NCBI GenBank assembly: GCA_013239625.1
Contig: MU054391.1
Span: forward strand, 3,377,130-3,441,129
DNA from: Lama guanicoe
Taxonomy: Eukaryota
DNA length: 64,000 nucleotides
Direction: 5' to 3'
Shown: one piece after another, positions 23,517-36,070 of the stretch
Position numbering within the stretch: the first letter of the stretch is position 1
Layout of the letters: each line of letters opens with the position of its first letter
Made by a program: the position numbers and the translations under genes
Notes under the pieces: model-generated
What the model saw: the letters and a program-made list of their open reading frames with translations, nothing else
Databases searched by the model: none
Told to the model about the DNA's origin: nothing

Positions 23517-26500
23517 AGTTGATCACTGATAAGTACGAAAAAGAAAAATTACCCATAATCCTACCACCTGGAGGGTTCCCCCTTGTCAGTGCTTCAGTGT
23601 TTTCTGTCTTATTTTTTATGCTAACACATATGCACACACATCAAAACACACAGTCATTATAAAGTAAGAGGATGTGTTTTGACCAGATGTCACAAAATAT
23701 AACCATGTAAATGGATATCATCCTTTGGAGTAATCATCTGATAAGTCTGATTGTTTCTTCTAAGAATGATTCCATGGCTCTAAATGCTTTTGGATCTCCT
23801 GTGTTGTGACTGTCAGAGAACCAGTTAAGAGACCCACAATGAAATCACATCTGATTTTCTTAAGCCTAAATTAGAATTCCCAAATTTATCACTTAATTTA
23901 TACAGGAGACTTGATGTTAAGTGAAATGTGTGTGTTTTTTCCCCAAATATAGCCATAAAATGAAGGCTGAAACTATTCAAAACCATGTTTTCCAAACTCT
24001 GAAGACAACTTTGCAACAAAGAAGGCATGTTGCTTTGTAGGTGGCGGTGCTGGGGTGGGAGGCAGAGGGGTGCGGGAATGTTGCATTGTGTAAGCGCTTT
24101 GCAAGCTGTCTGTTTTGAAACAAAGATTCATTTGGATGTAAAATTTCTATTATGAACCTTAAAAAATCTATCACTTTATTTTATAGGTTCATCTTCTCTA
24201 TGAGTGTATTTGTGTATAAACAGTTGCACATTTTAAGAGATAATTTTAGCCATGATTTATATATTTAATGCAACTCAAGTTATGTTTTACACATTTTAAG
24301 TTAAGTTTGATAAAAACTCAAATGTATTTTCCTAAGCCCTTTTCTCCATAATTCTTAATCCCATGTGCATTTTGAAGGAAATGAATTCCGTGTGTTTCTT
24401 ATTCCATACACTTAACTCGTCAAACAATGTTTTGTAAGGACCCTTTGATATCCAAGAAGCCCTTTGAGTCTTTTTATGAGACTCTTTAAGCCCTTCTTCT
24501 CAGAAACAGGAAGTCATGTTTGGCCAGGACCAAAAGAACTTGCATACCAAGTGGTTCAAGTTCAATTTGAAAAGGCCACACCACCGAGCTTGGAGGGGCT
24601 CTCAGCGGGAAAACACATGCTCTCCAGGCCCCGAGAGGAAGGCCTGGTGGGGCCGGGTCTACTCAGAGACCATGAATTAAAGAGCATGTATATACTACGT
24701 AGGCGTTGCTTAGAAATTTTAAGAGATGGCAGGATCATTTTCAAATGAAAGAAAAAAAGTCAAACACTTCCTAAATTCCTAGGGTTTGACTTGCAGCATT
24801 TTTACCCACTTATTTATGCGTGTTTTGTGAGAGGTGACACTGCTGAGCGTGGAGAGGTGTCCTGCATGTGGCATCTCTCTTCTACCTGGTTACATTTAGG
24901 CAGATCGCATAATTAGGTATTTCTGGATTTTTTTGTTTGTTTGTTTTTTTTCTTTCCTCTACCCACACGCTGCTTTCAACTTGGTTTTTCTGCCACAACC
25001 ACAATCCAACACCCGATAGGGGTAAAGTCTTCAGGGAATTGTTTCCTTTTAATCCATGAATTCCTCCAGCTCCTTTGAACAGGGAACTCCGTGCTCAAAC
25101 CTTAAAATGCCCTATTAGTTTGTTTAGTTTGTGATTCCATGAGAACACTCTGAGATGTTGGGAAAATCTTACAGGGAGGTAGACATTTGCACATAAATGA
25201 AGGAAAGATAACTTCATTTAAGCCTAAACCGTGCTGAAAAATAAATCAGATTTCTCTTTATGTTAAATGTCAAAACAAAGTAGATGCTGACATTCTCAGC
25301 AGGTGAGAGATACATAAACATATGTCCAGTTTAATACAAAATAATAAAACAGCTTTAAAAAGTAAGGTTTGTGTAATTTAATCATCAAAATTGTATATAG
25401 CAAAGTGAGAGGAAAAGGGCCATCTTATATAACAGATTAAAAAAAAAAAGCTTATTTGAAGTTAAAACTTTTGAGGTTAAAAAAATCTACAAGTTTCTTA
25501 TATCTATATTGAAAACATAAAGAAAAAAAGACTTGATATGTACTCACTGCTGTAGTCACCGCCATGCCTGGAGTTAAGCACTGGCAAGTCTGTTTTGCCC
25601 AGCGTCCCCCCGCTGATGTCATCGGAATGGCCATCAGGGTCGTTAATCATAGAAGCTTCCCTTTGGATATTTTCCAAATGCTTTCAAGCCCTATTATCTC
25701 ATTCGACCCTTATAAAAACCTCTAAGTGTAGACAAAACAGGTATTTAATATTGCCATTTGACAAGAAGAAAGCCAGTCCCGGAGAAGTTAAGCAACATCC
25801 CAAAAGTTTGTAAAGCTAATGAATGGCCAAAGGAAAAAGCTATAAGGAGAATCGGTGCTGTGCTCGGACCTTCTCATGATTTCTTCAAAACGACCCCACA
25901 GGGTTGTTGCTGTTGGTCCGAGAGCAGGAGGCTGGGCTCTGAGAGTCTGACAGCTGGATCGAGTCTGCGTGGTGAGCCAGGCGGTGCCACTGGGACCCAC
26001 GGTGGCCTGACTTCAAGGCCCATCACCACGTTTCTTCCTTCCATCCAAAATCAGAACCCTGTGCGTGTCTGTGGCTGTGATCCCAGCTCTGTCCGCCCTT
26101 GGGCACGCCTCATGTTCCCAACCAGGCTGTGAAGACCTCCGTATGAGCTGCTCAATGTGCATTTAATGTAAACCCAACCATGGGCCCAAACTAATGATTT
26201 CTACTCATTAAATTAGCTCGAAATGAAACCCAAAATGTGTTTTTCTACTTTGTGAATTGAAACAAGACTATGTAAAAATATATTATTAGCTGAACAGTTT
26301 AGAGGAGCGCTGAAGGTATGCAAAGTTGTAAGGAATACAACGAGCCCGCTGGCTCAGGGAGGGGACACGCAGTGCCATGGACGGGTCTGGGCTGGAGCCA
26401 CGCTGTCCTGTTGGGAACCCCTGGGTGCCCTTCCGGCCGCACTGGACGTGGGGCCAAGTCCCCCAGCTGATTAACTCAGGTGGAAGGCAGGAGTTTAACA

Positions 26501-27224
26501 GCAATCACACCTGCTGGGTTTGCTGAGCCCACTGAGAGGTAAGTTAGCGAAGCAGCTGGTACAGAGTGTGTTTAAATGGTTGTGAAGAGGGTTTTTTTGT
26601 TTGTTTTTTTCCTGTGGAATCTGAAATGAATGGACGTCTTAGTATTTATCTGCAAGACAACACCAAGAGAACAGGAGTCAATTCTAATGCGTTGTAAGGA
26701 GTCACTGCAGAGACAGGCATTTGATATGATGTCATTAGTCTTCCGCACACAGTAAGCAAGAACACGTCTTTGGGGAAGTCGTTAAACAGGGTCCACCAAA
26801 GAATTTTTTCACCAACTCTATGGGACCTCCTCTGTCACAAAATAAAAAGGGGAAAAAAAACTGTTATGAAGCTGAGAAGAGACTGTCCAGATCTGCCATT
26901 TAGGGTCCAGAGAAAATAGATAACTTAAGTTTAGCATGCACAGAAAAACAGGAATCCTTATTGCAGTGTGACCCAGAGGAGCACGTTCTAAAAACTGAAA
27001 AAAAAAAAAAAAAAAAAAAAAGAAAGAAAGAAGGAGAAGCATTTGGAAAGGCCAGGGTGCACTGGTGACAGGTCTTACGGATTGTTCTTTTTAAGGGAAA
27101 AAAACCCAAAAGACAATTTTGCTTCTAATTCAGGCACTAAATGTTGCCCAGTGGAAATCTCATAGAATTACTTGAAAGAAAAGGGAAGTCCAGTTGCTTT
27201 GAAATGAATGTCTCTGACACGCTG

Positions 27225-27580
27225 CAATCATTCATACCGTCAGTATTCCTTAAGGCCTTATTAGAAGCAGGTCCCGTTCAGGGCAGGACTGGGAAGAAAG
27301 GGAAAGATGTTTAACCAAGGTTGATAAGGAATGGAGACCACGCTCAAGGAGCTCACAGTGAAGAAGGAGAGACCGACAAGGCGGTGGCAACTCAAACACA
27401 GCGTAACAAGGAGCCTAATAAAGGGAAATTCAAAGCCCCCGGGAGTGGAAGGAGGCGACGTTTGAGCTGCATCTTAAATGGTGTGCGAGGGGTCTCCTAC
27501 TTCAGAAAGAAGGAAGGAGCATTTCAAAAGCAATCATGTGTTCAAAGATACAGAAATGGGGAAGGATGCAGTGTGGCTTA
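27225..27580 (-). mobile_element. L2 fragment
   Basis: ctcaaggagctcacagt, ggaggcgacgtttgagctg, catgtgttcaaagatacaga. Confidence 0.65.
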
Positions 27581-27637
27581 TTCACAAACTAAATATATTT
27601 TGGTAGTGTTTGAAAAGGGGTATTTGCTGAGAAAGCG

Positions 27638-27930
27638 TGATAAAGAAAAACTGCCCTGACACCTGCGAAGGTGGTAAGGGAGACTTTATTCCAGACTGTT
27701 GCGTCAGATTCAGCCCCGGACACACACGGCAAAGGCAGCTGGGGATCGGAGCCAAGCCGTGGGCGAGGGGGTCAGGGGACGGAAAACCACCAAGAGGGGA
27801 CGGCTCGGGAAGGGGTTCTTGCTGCACTGGCCGAGGGCTTAGACGTGAGGATGGCTCAGGGCCAGGCTGAGCTGGGGAGAAGGCTGAGAACAGCCTGAAT
27901 CCACTCTGGTCAAGCAGAGAGTCTTCATCA
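27638..27930 (-). mobile_element. ERV1 solo LTR (MER31/MER67-like)
   Basis: The minus strand starts tgatgaagactctctgcttgacca and ends aataaagtctcccttacc...tttttctttatca (TG..CA ends, poly-A signal). Confidence 0.8.
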
Positions 27931-28449
27931 AATAACAGGATTGGAGCTCCGGTGAAGACGGGATCGAAGGCTGGCTTGGGACAGGCCACGTGCATGGAGG
28001 ACTGACTTTCATCACCTGGGAAAAGAGAAGCCATTGCCACATTTGGGGATTTAGAAGAGTATTTTTAGAAGGGCTTTTCATTTTAAATTATTCTCGTCCT
28101 TGTGATATTTAGAAAAGGACAATTTTACTAAATGAAGATCTGTGGCAGTCACGCACCTATCTGAAACCATTCATTTCATAAGGAGTAAGCAAGTCCTTCT
28201 CGTGTACAAGCTAGGAGCCCCCTGGAAACTAAGCTGAGGACTTTGTCTTCAAGGAAGTCAAAGTCTACGATCCACCAGTCTGTATCAAGGAATGCAGCTC
28301 ACTGGACCAACACAACTGTGTGGCCAACAAAGACACAGGACTTAAATGTGTGAAGATGGACTTTGGTGGCCATACCAACGCTTATCCAGTTGTCAAAACC
28401 AGAATAGATCGGGCATCAATGAATAAAAAAACAAAAAAGAGAAGAAACA

Positions 28450-28662
28450 CGGACTTGGGTATAGAACATCTCTTACATCAACTTCCGGCCCTGCACTGAT
28501 CCTAGCTCTATGACCTGAAGATCCTTAGCAGTTCCAAAACCCAGTTTCTTTACCTGTAAAGTGAAAATTGTGACACCCAGTTTGTGGTGTGCTGTGATTT
28601 AGACAGAGGAGCCTTCTAAAATCCCTAACACCTTTCTCATGATAGGCACTCAACAAATGTTC
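28450..28662 (+). mobile_element. MIR
   Basis: ctagctctatgacct, cagtttctttacctgtaaagtg, taggcactcaacaaatgtt. Confidence 0.7.
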
Positions 28663-31185
28663 GCCTCTGGGACAGGGAGCTGGGTCACATTTGCATGTAT
28701 TCAATCCTTTTGTTTATCTCTTCTCTGCCGAGGGATTGCATTAAACCCCTGGAAGCAATCTCTTTACCTTTCTCCGCAGGAGCCCAGTTCTCTGGTGTTC
28801 AGAGCCCACAGGACCTTCTCTGAATTCTGGGGCAGAACAACGACTCATGGCAAAACAGTTCTTTCCCCTGGCTCTCACACGAGGTGTGGGCCCACCCTTG
28901 ACAATAAAAAGAGGTCTCCAGAGAACCGAAAACTAATTTTCAGAAAGAGTAAGTGAATAAATATGAGTTGAAAGGGGGAAACAGTCTACCCAATGCAAAA
29001 CTGAAATGTGCAAACCTTAACAAGCAAATGCAGCTTTAACTGCGTGGATATTAACAATCCGGACCCTGCGTTCCATCCGTTTGGTTTGTGAGGTCCCCTT
29101 GAAATGGTCTATAAAACCTGGGAAGCTGGGCAGCTTTCTCTAGGGGATCTGGGGGATTCATAACCTGTGGCAGCTGATACTGGTAAAACAGGTTATAGGG
29201 AACCTTAGAAATTACAGCTTGGTTGGGCCAGTATTTATTGCCTGTGTAATGTACAGAAACAGTAAAACAGGGAAGCATGGGTTTCCACCCGTGCCGCATT
29301 AGAATGCCACGCATGAGGAGAAGAGACATTTTCCATTTAAAATGGTGGCAGCCCTGCAGACCTTCTTCCTCTGATATCCTGCGCTACCACATGCGATACA
29401 GCGTAAACAGACCGACTGCAAATATGAATTCTTCCCGTCCTGAGAGCTGACACATTCCATCACTCGCATTCCATCAGCCGTACCTTCTAAAATGTGAGTT
29501 GGAGAGTTAGAGCAGGAACTCCCAGTCTTCCCCACTCTCTCCTTCGATTCTCAAGCTGATTCACTTTCTTTTCCTCTTTAGGGACAAAAGAACTACTGCA
29601 AACGTCCCCTCAAGGAAACCTCTGGAGAGCACACTTCTCCACGATGCTTAAGGTGGCTGACAAACCACCCTCAGAAACAGGGCGGGAGGAATGAAGGCAC
29701 AGGCACTGGCCGTGGCAGAGTTAAATCTTCATGTCATAGTAAAGCTCTGCTGAGCTGCTGAAGTCTCAGGTTCCCTCTGAGGCTCAGCCTGAGTAATAGG
29801 AACGGAACCCTATCCGGTCTTATCTACAGCCACGCGGAAGGTGAGAGAGCAGGTACACCAGATGGCCGTGCTTTCAGAGCAGGAATTTGAACAGCTTTTT
29901 TTGTCCTGGTGGTTTTAGCAAGCCCGGTGGCTGAGCAGAGTCCTGAGAGCTTTGTCATTCCATCTGGGACTTTTCAAGAAGTCAAGAGAAAAGGAGAGTC
30001 AAGTTCAAACAAATAAACAAACAAGCCAAGAAAAGGAAAACGCAATCAACTTTAAGTTGCCGGAGGTGAGAGCTGGGAATGGGGGACCACCACGTCTACC
30101 TTCCCTGCCACCTAAGTCTTTCAGAAGTGCTTCTTTCCTTTGCAAACACACACTTTGTATTTGAAAGACAAGAAGCCTTTACTGCCTTTGAGACCTGAGA
30201 TTTCCATTTGCACTTGGTTGAGCTCATGACAACGTCTACAGGCGGTTGTTAGGCGGGAGCTGGATACTTCCTTGGGGGTCAGCTATTGAGTTAAGGCATA
30301 AAAAAGTTAAATTTGCCCAAGAGCACGCAGCTTTGAGAAGAAAAGCTACAATAGTTTACAGCAAAAGGGAAAAAAAAGAGAAGAGGCTTTTGGAATCAGA
30401 TTAAATCATACTGCCAGCACTCATTAGTGTAATCTGGGGAAAATCATTTCGTTTCCTGACCCTCAGTAGCGTAAGGTTGTCATGGGAATAAATACGATGT
30501 CTGTATCTGAAGGCTCTGTGTTGACTGGGTCTGGGGATGGTCTGAAGGCTGCAAAAGTGATTTTTAAAATACTTCGAGTCATTCCAGCCTCCTTAGTTGG
30601 AAACCTGGGTGATTAGTGAGAAAAAAGTGTCACTTTATTCTGGGAGAAGTCACTTTGCCCATCTGGAGCCCAATCGCTGTTCTTTGGAAAACTCCCCACC
30701 CTTGACCTGGGTCAGCTGTCTCTCCTGGCATCCCTGGCCCCTGTGCAGGCCCTCCTGGACCTCAGGACAGGACAGCTTGGCAAGGCAAGCAGAAGCCGGG
30801 CGCGGCGCGTGAGCTCTAAAAGGAGAGAGATCTCAGAGCGGCTGGATGGACTGCCTCAGGTCTCCGTGAATAAGGCCGAGTGCGTCAGCGAGCCCTGCTA
30901 CAGCTCAAGTGGGCGCGCCGGTCCCAGTGGTGGAGGAATGAGGGCAGCCACACCCTGCAATGGGAGGACCTGCCGTGGGAGGACGTGACCGGAGGGGATG
31001 GAGCCGAGACACCGCAGGACAGATGCAGGATTGAGATGCCAGCTGATCAGCAGAACTCAACCGACGTCAGGAAGTCACAAGTGCTCCCTGAGAGGGGAGT
31101 GCAGTGATCTTACCCCAAAATGGGAAGAAGTAAGCAATTCTTTCTTTTTTGTTTCCTTCACTCCATTCTCTTAAGGCGAGCCAAC

Positions 31186-31458
31186 TTTTTTTTCTTGTAT
31201 TGAAGTGTAGTTGATTTACAGTGTTGTGTTAGTTTCCAGAGCACAGCATAGGGATTCAGTTATATATTCATGTGTGCTCCTCCTCATTATAGATTTTAGT
31301 ACAAGATGCTGAATGTGCTCTACAGTGGGGACTCGTTATTTACCTACTTTGCATAGAGTAGTCTGTATCTGCTAAGACAAATATCATATAACTTATATGT
31401 GGAGTCTGAAAAAAAACAATCAAATGAACTTATTTACAAAACAGAAAGAGACTCACAA
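31186..31458 (-). mobile_element. 5'-inverted, truncated L1 insertion
   Basis: 31186-31375 is an antisense L1 3' end. 31376-31458 is an upstream 3' UTR piece in the opposite orientation (gacaaatatcat..tgtggagtct..atgaacttatttacaaaacagaaagagactcac). Confidence 0.85.
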
Positions 31459-32389
31459 ACCAAAACTTTTTTTAAAAAAAAAAAAAGTAGCATCATGCAG
31501 GGAATTAGTGGCCACCACCCGTCCTCTTTCTCTGCTAAAGACACAGCCTGTCTCCTGGGAAGAGACAAACATCCAAAGACATAGAGCCAGGTTCTGCTGT
31601 CTGTGGAGAGACGGACTCATCACAGGATGGTCTCAGGGGGCCTCAGTTCTTACGAGGAATTTTCCTTTGACTATCCCATTATATATTTTATCTCTTTATT
31701 TGTTAATTAATTGTTTTTCCAAGTGGGTGACCAGACAGGTGAGATACTCTGAGAAGTAACTCTGCGTCAGACCTGGTCATTTGTAGAAAAATGAAAACAG
31801 GTCCTGGTCTTTGTCTAGCTTTACAGCATCATTCACTAAATTATGATGATAGTAAACTTGGGACACATCAGCCAATGATCGAAAGAACCTCCCAGGGCCA
31901 CGTGAAGCTTTCCATCCAAGAAGACCAGGAAACGCAATCCATGGTCTCGCACAGTCACTATGTTGACCAATAAACTATTTAATCATTCTTTGGGGTACAT
32001 TTTTCATTATTTTGGTAATTCTCACGTCTTTAACGAGCAGAGAGCTCCTGAGTTGAGGTAGGTCTCAGATTATTTTTGCTCGTGGTAGCCCAGTCACAAG
32101 TTTTTACCTAATTTTTTTTTTATTCTTTCTAAAGTGCACCATCTAAGAATGCATATATCAGGTATCATCATGACTGCAACTTCTTTCTTAAAAGTTTTAT
32201 AATTAATCCTTTGTATGAAACATTCTTATCCGTAGTTATGCCATCACTAAATGTTTGAACAAATGGTTCCATAAGAGAAAAAAAAAGAGAAAAACAATAA
32301 TTTTGAAATAGATAGCATGTCAGTTAATTTCAGAGGGATTTTGCAGCCTTGTATCTTCTAATGTGCAAAATGTTTCTGCAAAAAGTTTA

Positions 32390-32500
32390 ATTATTTCCTT
32401 TTACAGATTAGAAAATGAAGTTAGAGAGTCTTAGTGATGAGCTGATAAATCCCTGAGATCAGATTTGAATCCAGGTCTATTGGACCCAAAGATTCTCCTT
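32390..32500 (-). mobile_element. MIR fragment
   Basis: ttttacagattagaaaatgaag...agatttgaatccaggtct. Confidence 0.6.
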
Positions 32501-34073
32501 TTTTCTTCTAAATTTCCCTGCCTTTGTATAAAAATCAATCTTTCTCTTTATTACCAAATACAGAAAAATTAAATATGCTTTATTTTAGTTTTTAATCAAA
32601 AGTGATCTCTTTGATACAAACTTTCAGCAGAACATTGTTTATTTTCTCAACTTTAAATGCTTGATAAAGTGTCGATATGCCTCAAAGGAACATTAAAGTC
32701 TGGGTTTTATTGTTTCTAAGAGTCCTCAGGTCCATACATCATGGTTAAAGAATACATACATCATCGCTGCTTCTCTTGAAGGAAGCTAAGGATTTGCCGG
32801 CTACAGAGGGATGCGTAAGTGAAACTTCACTGTGGAATCTCCCAGTGATCCCATCATATTGCAATAATCACTTATAGATTTGAGCCATTTCAAAGTGAAT
32901 CATAAAACTAAAATTGTGGCAGAAAGATTTATGCCATTTGCCTAACTTCAACACAAAAAAATGACTGCCTGCACCCAGGACGGGATAAACAATTAGTCAC
33001 GCCGCATGTAAAGTGCAAAGGCAATCCCTTGTTCAAAAATATTAGAACTTTCAAGACAAAACAGAGCATTAAATCCGACAGGGCATCTCTGAGCCCAGGG
33101 CTCTGTGCAGGTCACACCCCGGAAGCTGCCCCTGCCTGAGCTGAGGGGGGCGGGAGCCGGCTCTCAGTCTGGGGTCTAGAACCCAGGCTCCGTCCAGCGT
33201 GGCCACTCCCTCACTCGACGACATCATCACTGCACTGCTGCCCTCTGAGTCCCAGGGTCCCCGCCCCTGTTCTGACAATGGGTATGTCCCTCTGACGGTT
33301 AGTTTTAGGACTACAATAAGATCACGCATGTGGTGTTTGGTCGTCAACACTGACGACCCTCCTGCCATCACTTTTGTCCAGTGTATATATTATATGTATT
33401 TCCACCATTTCAAAACTGACCAGAGGAAGTACCGGAAGACAAGGAACTATGGGGTAAGTCTCCTTTCCTGCCACTACAGGATTTACTGCGGTAGCAGCAG
33501 CTAGTGGGCATCAGAGAATGTTTGCTGATTTTCACGTGACTTTCAGAATCCAGCCGGTATCTCCATTCGTGTGAAATACAGACCTAGAAATGGAAGTTCC
33601 GCTCAATCAAGTCTTTTACTCCGTTGCTGACCTTTATAAAGTTGCATTTTTCCCTTCTCTGCTCAGCATGCCTTTGGCTGTCTTTGCCAACTCTCTTTCC
33701 TGCCGATAAGCACAGTTATTTAAAAAGAAAGGTCAGCGGACAGACACAACCTCTTCAAGCACAAACCAACTACATTTCCTTTAAACACAGGTCTTATGGA
33801 CACATAGCAACCTCTGTAGACCTCATTTGTAAAAGGCAGTGCTTCCCCCGCACTAATTATGCTCTAATGGACACTGAAGATTCACGAAGTCCCCTCAAAT
33901 GGCCGGCACACTAAGAGGATGGCAGTGGAGGCCAAGGGGACAGATTTTAGGATTCCCCACTTCAGCTTCAACCCTCTGTACATGGGGTGAGAGCTTAACC
34001 TAAAGCGGGAACTGGGGTCTTCCACTGTCCAGCTGTCCCCTGCCCTGTGCACTTAATGCAGCAGGAAGATAAG

Positions 34074-34486
34074 CAGATCAGTCCTCATGGGCTTCCGTTA
34101 CAAAGCACCACAGACATGATGGCTTAAACAGCAGAAATGTATCGTCTCCCAGACCTGGAGGCTGGACGTCCAAGATCAAGGCGTCGGCAGGGCTAGTTCC
34201 TCCCGAGGCGGCGAGGGAGCACGCACCCCAGGCTCTCTCCGAGGCTAATGAATAACCATCCTCTCCCTGTGTTTCCGCATCGTCTTTCCCTCATGTACAT
34301 GTCTCCAAAACTCTTCTCCTTGTAGGGACACCGCTCATATTGGACCAGGGCCCTTTCCAGGGGCCTCACTTTAACTTACTACATCTGCAGAGATTCTATC
34401 TCCAAATAAAATCATCTTCTGAGGCACTAGGGGCGAGAACTTCAACAGGTGAGTTTTGGGGAAGGGACACCATTCAACTCATGACA
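34074..34486 (-). mobile_element. MaLR solo LTR (MLT1C-like)
   Basis: ggcttaaacagcagaaatgtat, ctggaggctggacgtccaagatcaaggcgtcggcaggg, acatctgcagag..tccaaataa, ggacaccattcaactcatgaca. Confidence 0.9.
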
Positions 34487-35329
34487 AATCACAGCAGAAT
34501 TTCCAAGACAGAGAGGAGTCAACATTGGCTTTAAAATTTCAAAGCCCTAGTCCTGGGTTGGACGGAGATGTGGACAAGAAGGATTTAAGTGGATAGGGAA
34601 AAACACCTTTTAAAAGACATGCTGAGAAGAAAGAGAAAATATTCACAAAGCTGAGATTAAAGATCCTGGCAGAATCCTCAGGAGGTGTGTGGAATCCAGG
34701 AAGAGAGAGGGTTTGTGCCTCCACGCCTGGGTCGCGTCCCACGGAGGCGCCAATCTAGCATGGAAGCGGTTACTTCAACAGGGCTTAAGGACCCCTGAGA
34801 ATTCCCTACAATGCACCGTGGCACAGGGCATGCCAAGAGCATCTCAGAAGGATGTGTGTGTCTCTCTTGCCCTCAGTTTCCTCCTCTGTGAAAGGGAATA
34901 GTCACCCTTTAAGGCCTTTAAACCTGAGAGTGCCGTGGTCGCAAACATCCCTGGTATCCGGTGTAGAAAAGTGATGCCGTAGACCATTTCCACAATTAGA
35001 TTTCTCTTCCATTTCAAACACGACATCCTAGTGAAAGAAGACTCTTGCTGTAAACTCAGACTCTTTCTAACATCAGGCAAGTAAATTAGAACAGCAGGTA
35101 GAGAAGTAATCTATTAAGGCAAGTGTTTAATGAACAGATTTGAGGGCTCTGGGAGGGCGCAAAGAGAATGGTAGATGGAAGAATGGAGCAGTAACACCTA
35201 AAAATAAAAGGAGAAGGCGACGGAGAGGAGAGAGCAAGAAAGAATGATGAAAACACAAAAATTCAGTAGAGAAAAGCCTTGGGCAAAGACTCTCTCTTGA
35301 CTAAACTCTAGCCAGTCCCCTCTAAGCCA

Positions 35330-36070
35330 GCTCCTCGGCTCGGCCCCAGCCTGGGCCTATAAAGACCTGAGCAAACGCTAACGCCGTTTCTAACGATCAA
35401 GGCCGCACCCCTTGGATGAGCCCAGGCTCCCCTAAAGCGCCCGAGAGAGCTCAAGGCTGCCGCAAGAACCGACTGGGTGCCAGCGGACACTGAAGACGGG
35501 CCCCGAGCCCCAGCCCCTGCGGGGGGGGGTGGGGAGCGCAGGAGCCCGACTTCTGTAAGCACCAGGAGCTTTCACGTGGCCCAGCTCCCCCTTAGGACTT
35601 TTCGTCATTCTCACATCTCTGACTCTCCTGAGCCCCTGCCCGCCCCCCACCCCCAGGTTCCCCAATTAAAACACCCAGTCACCTCTGTACAGGTGGAAGT
35701 GGAGTTCAATTTTGCTAGACTCTTTCCTCCACTGCAGTAGTTCATCACTGATTAAAATCTGCCCTTCCCACTTTAACTAGTGCCCACCATCGTTTACCTG
35801 CGTCAGGGGTCAGAGGAAATCGGAGGGCATAGTTCTGTCGGGGAGCCTCGGCCTCCCAGCACCCAGACCCCATGCTATTTCTATTCAGAGGTCGCAGAGC
35901 ACGGGGAAGAGCAAGGCCCTGTCTTCTCTCAGCCATTCGCGCTGAGCGCCCGTCAACCCGGCACAGGCTGCGCACACGGGACCTGTGGCCACAGAGAGGT
36001 CTTGCTTTTCATTCTGATGACTCGAGGTGTTGTTTTCTCTATGGCTAGCCGCTCGAGAACGGGGTTGCGC
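35330..36070. promoter_or_regulatory. GC/CpG-enriched element with TATA box (possible promoter or enhancer)
   Basis: TATAAAG at 35358, CACGTG at 35573, G-run/GC-box motifs at about 35520 and 35640, and CpG enrichment extending to about 36600. Confidence 0.4.

Noticed and set aside
26998..27035. Long poly-A tract suggesting a retrocopy tail
   Set aside because: No recognisable upstream mRNA or TE body and no TSD found; treated as a simple repeat.
27582..28040. 152-aa ORF, the longest in the track
   Set aside because: Spans a GC-rich ERV1 LTR and shows no recognisable domain.
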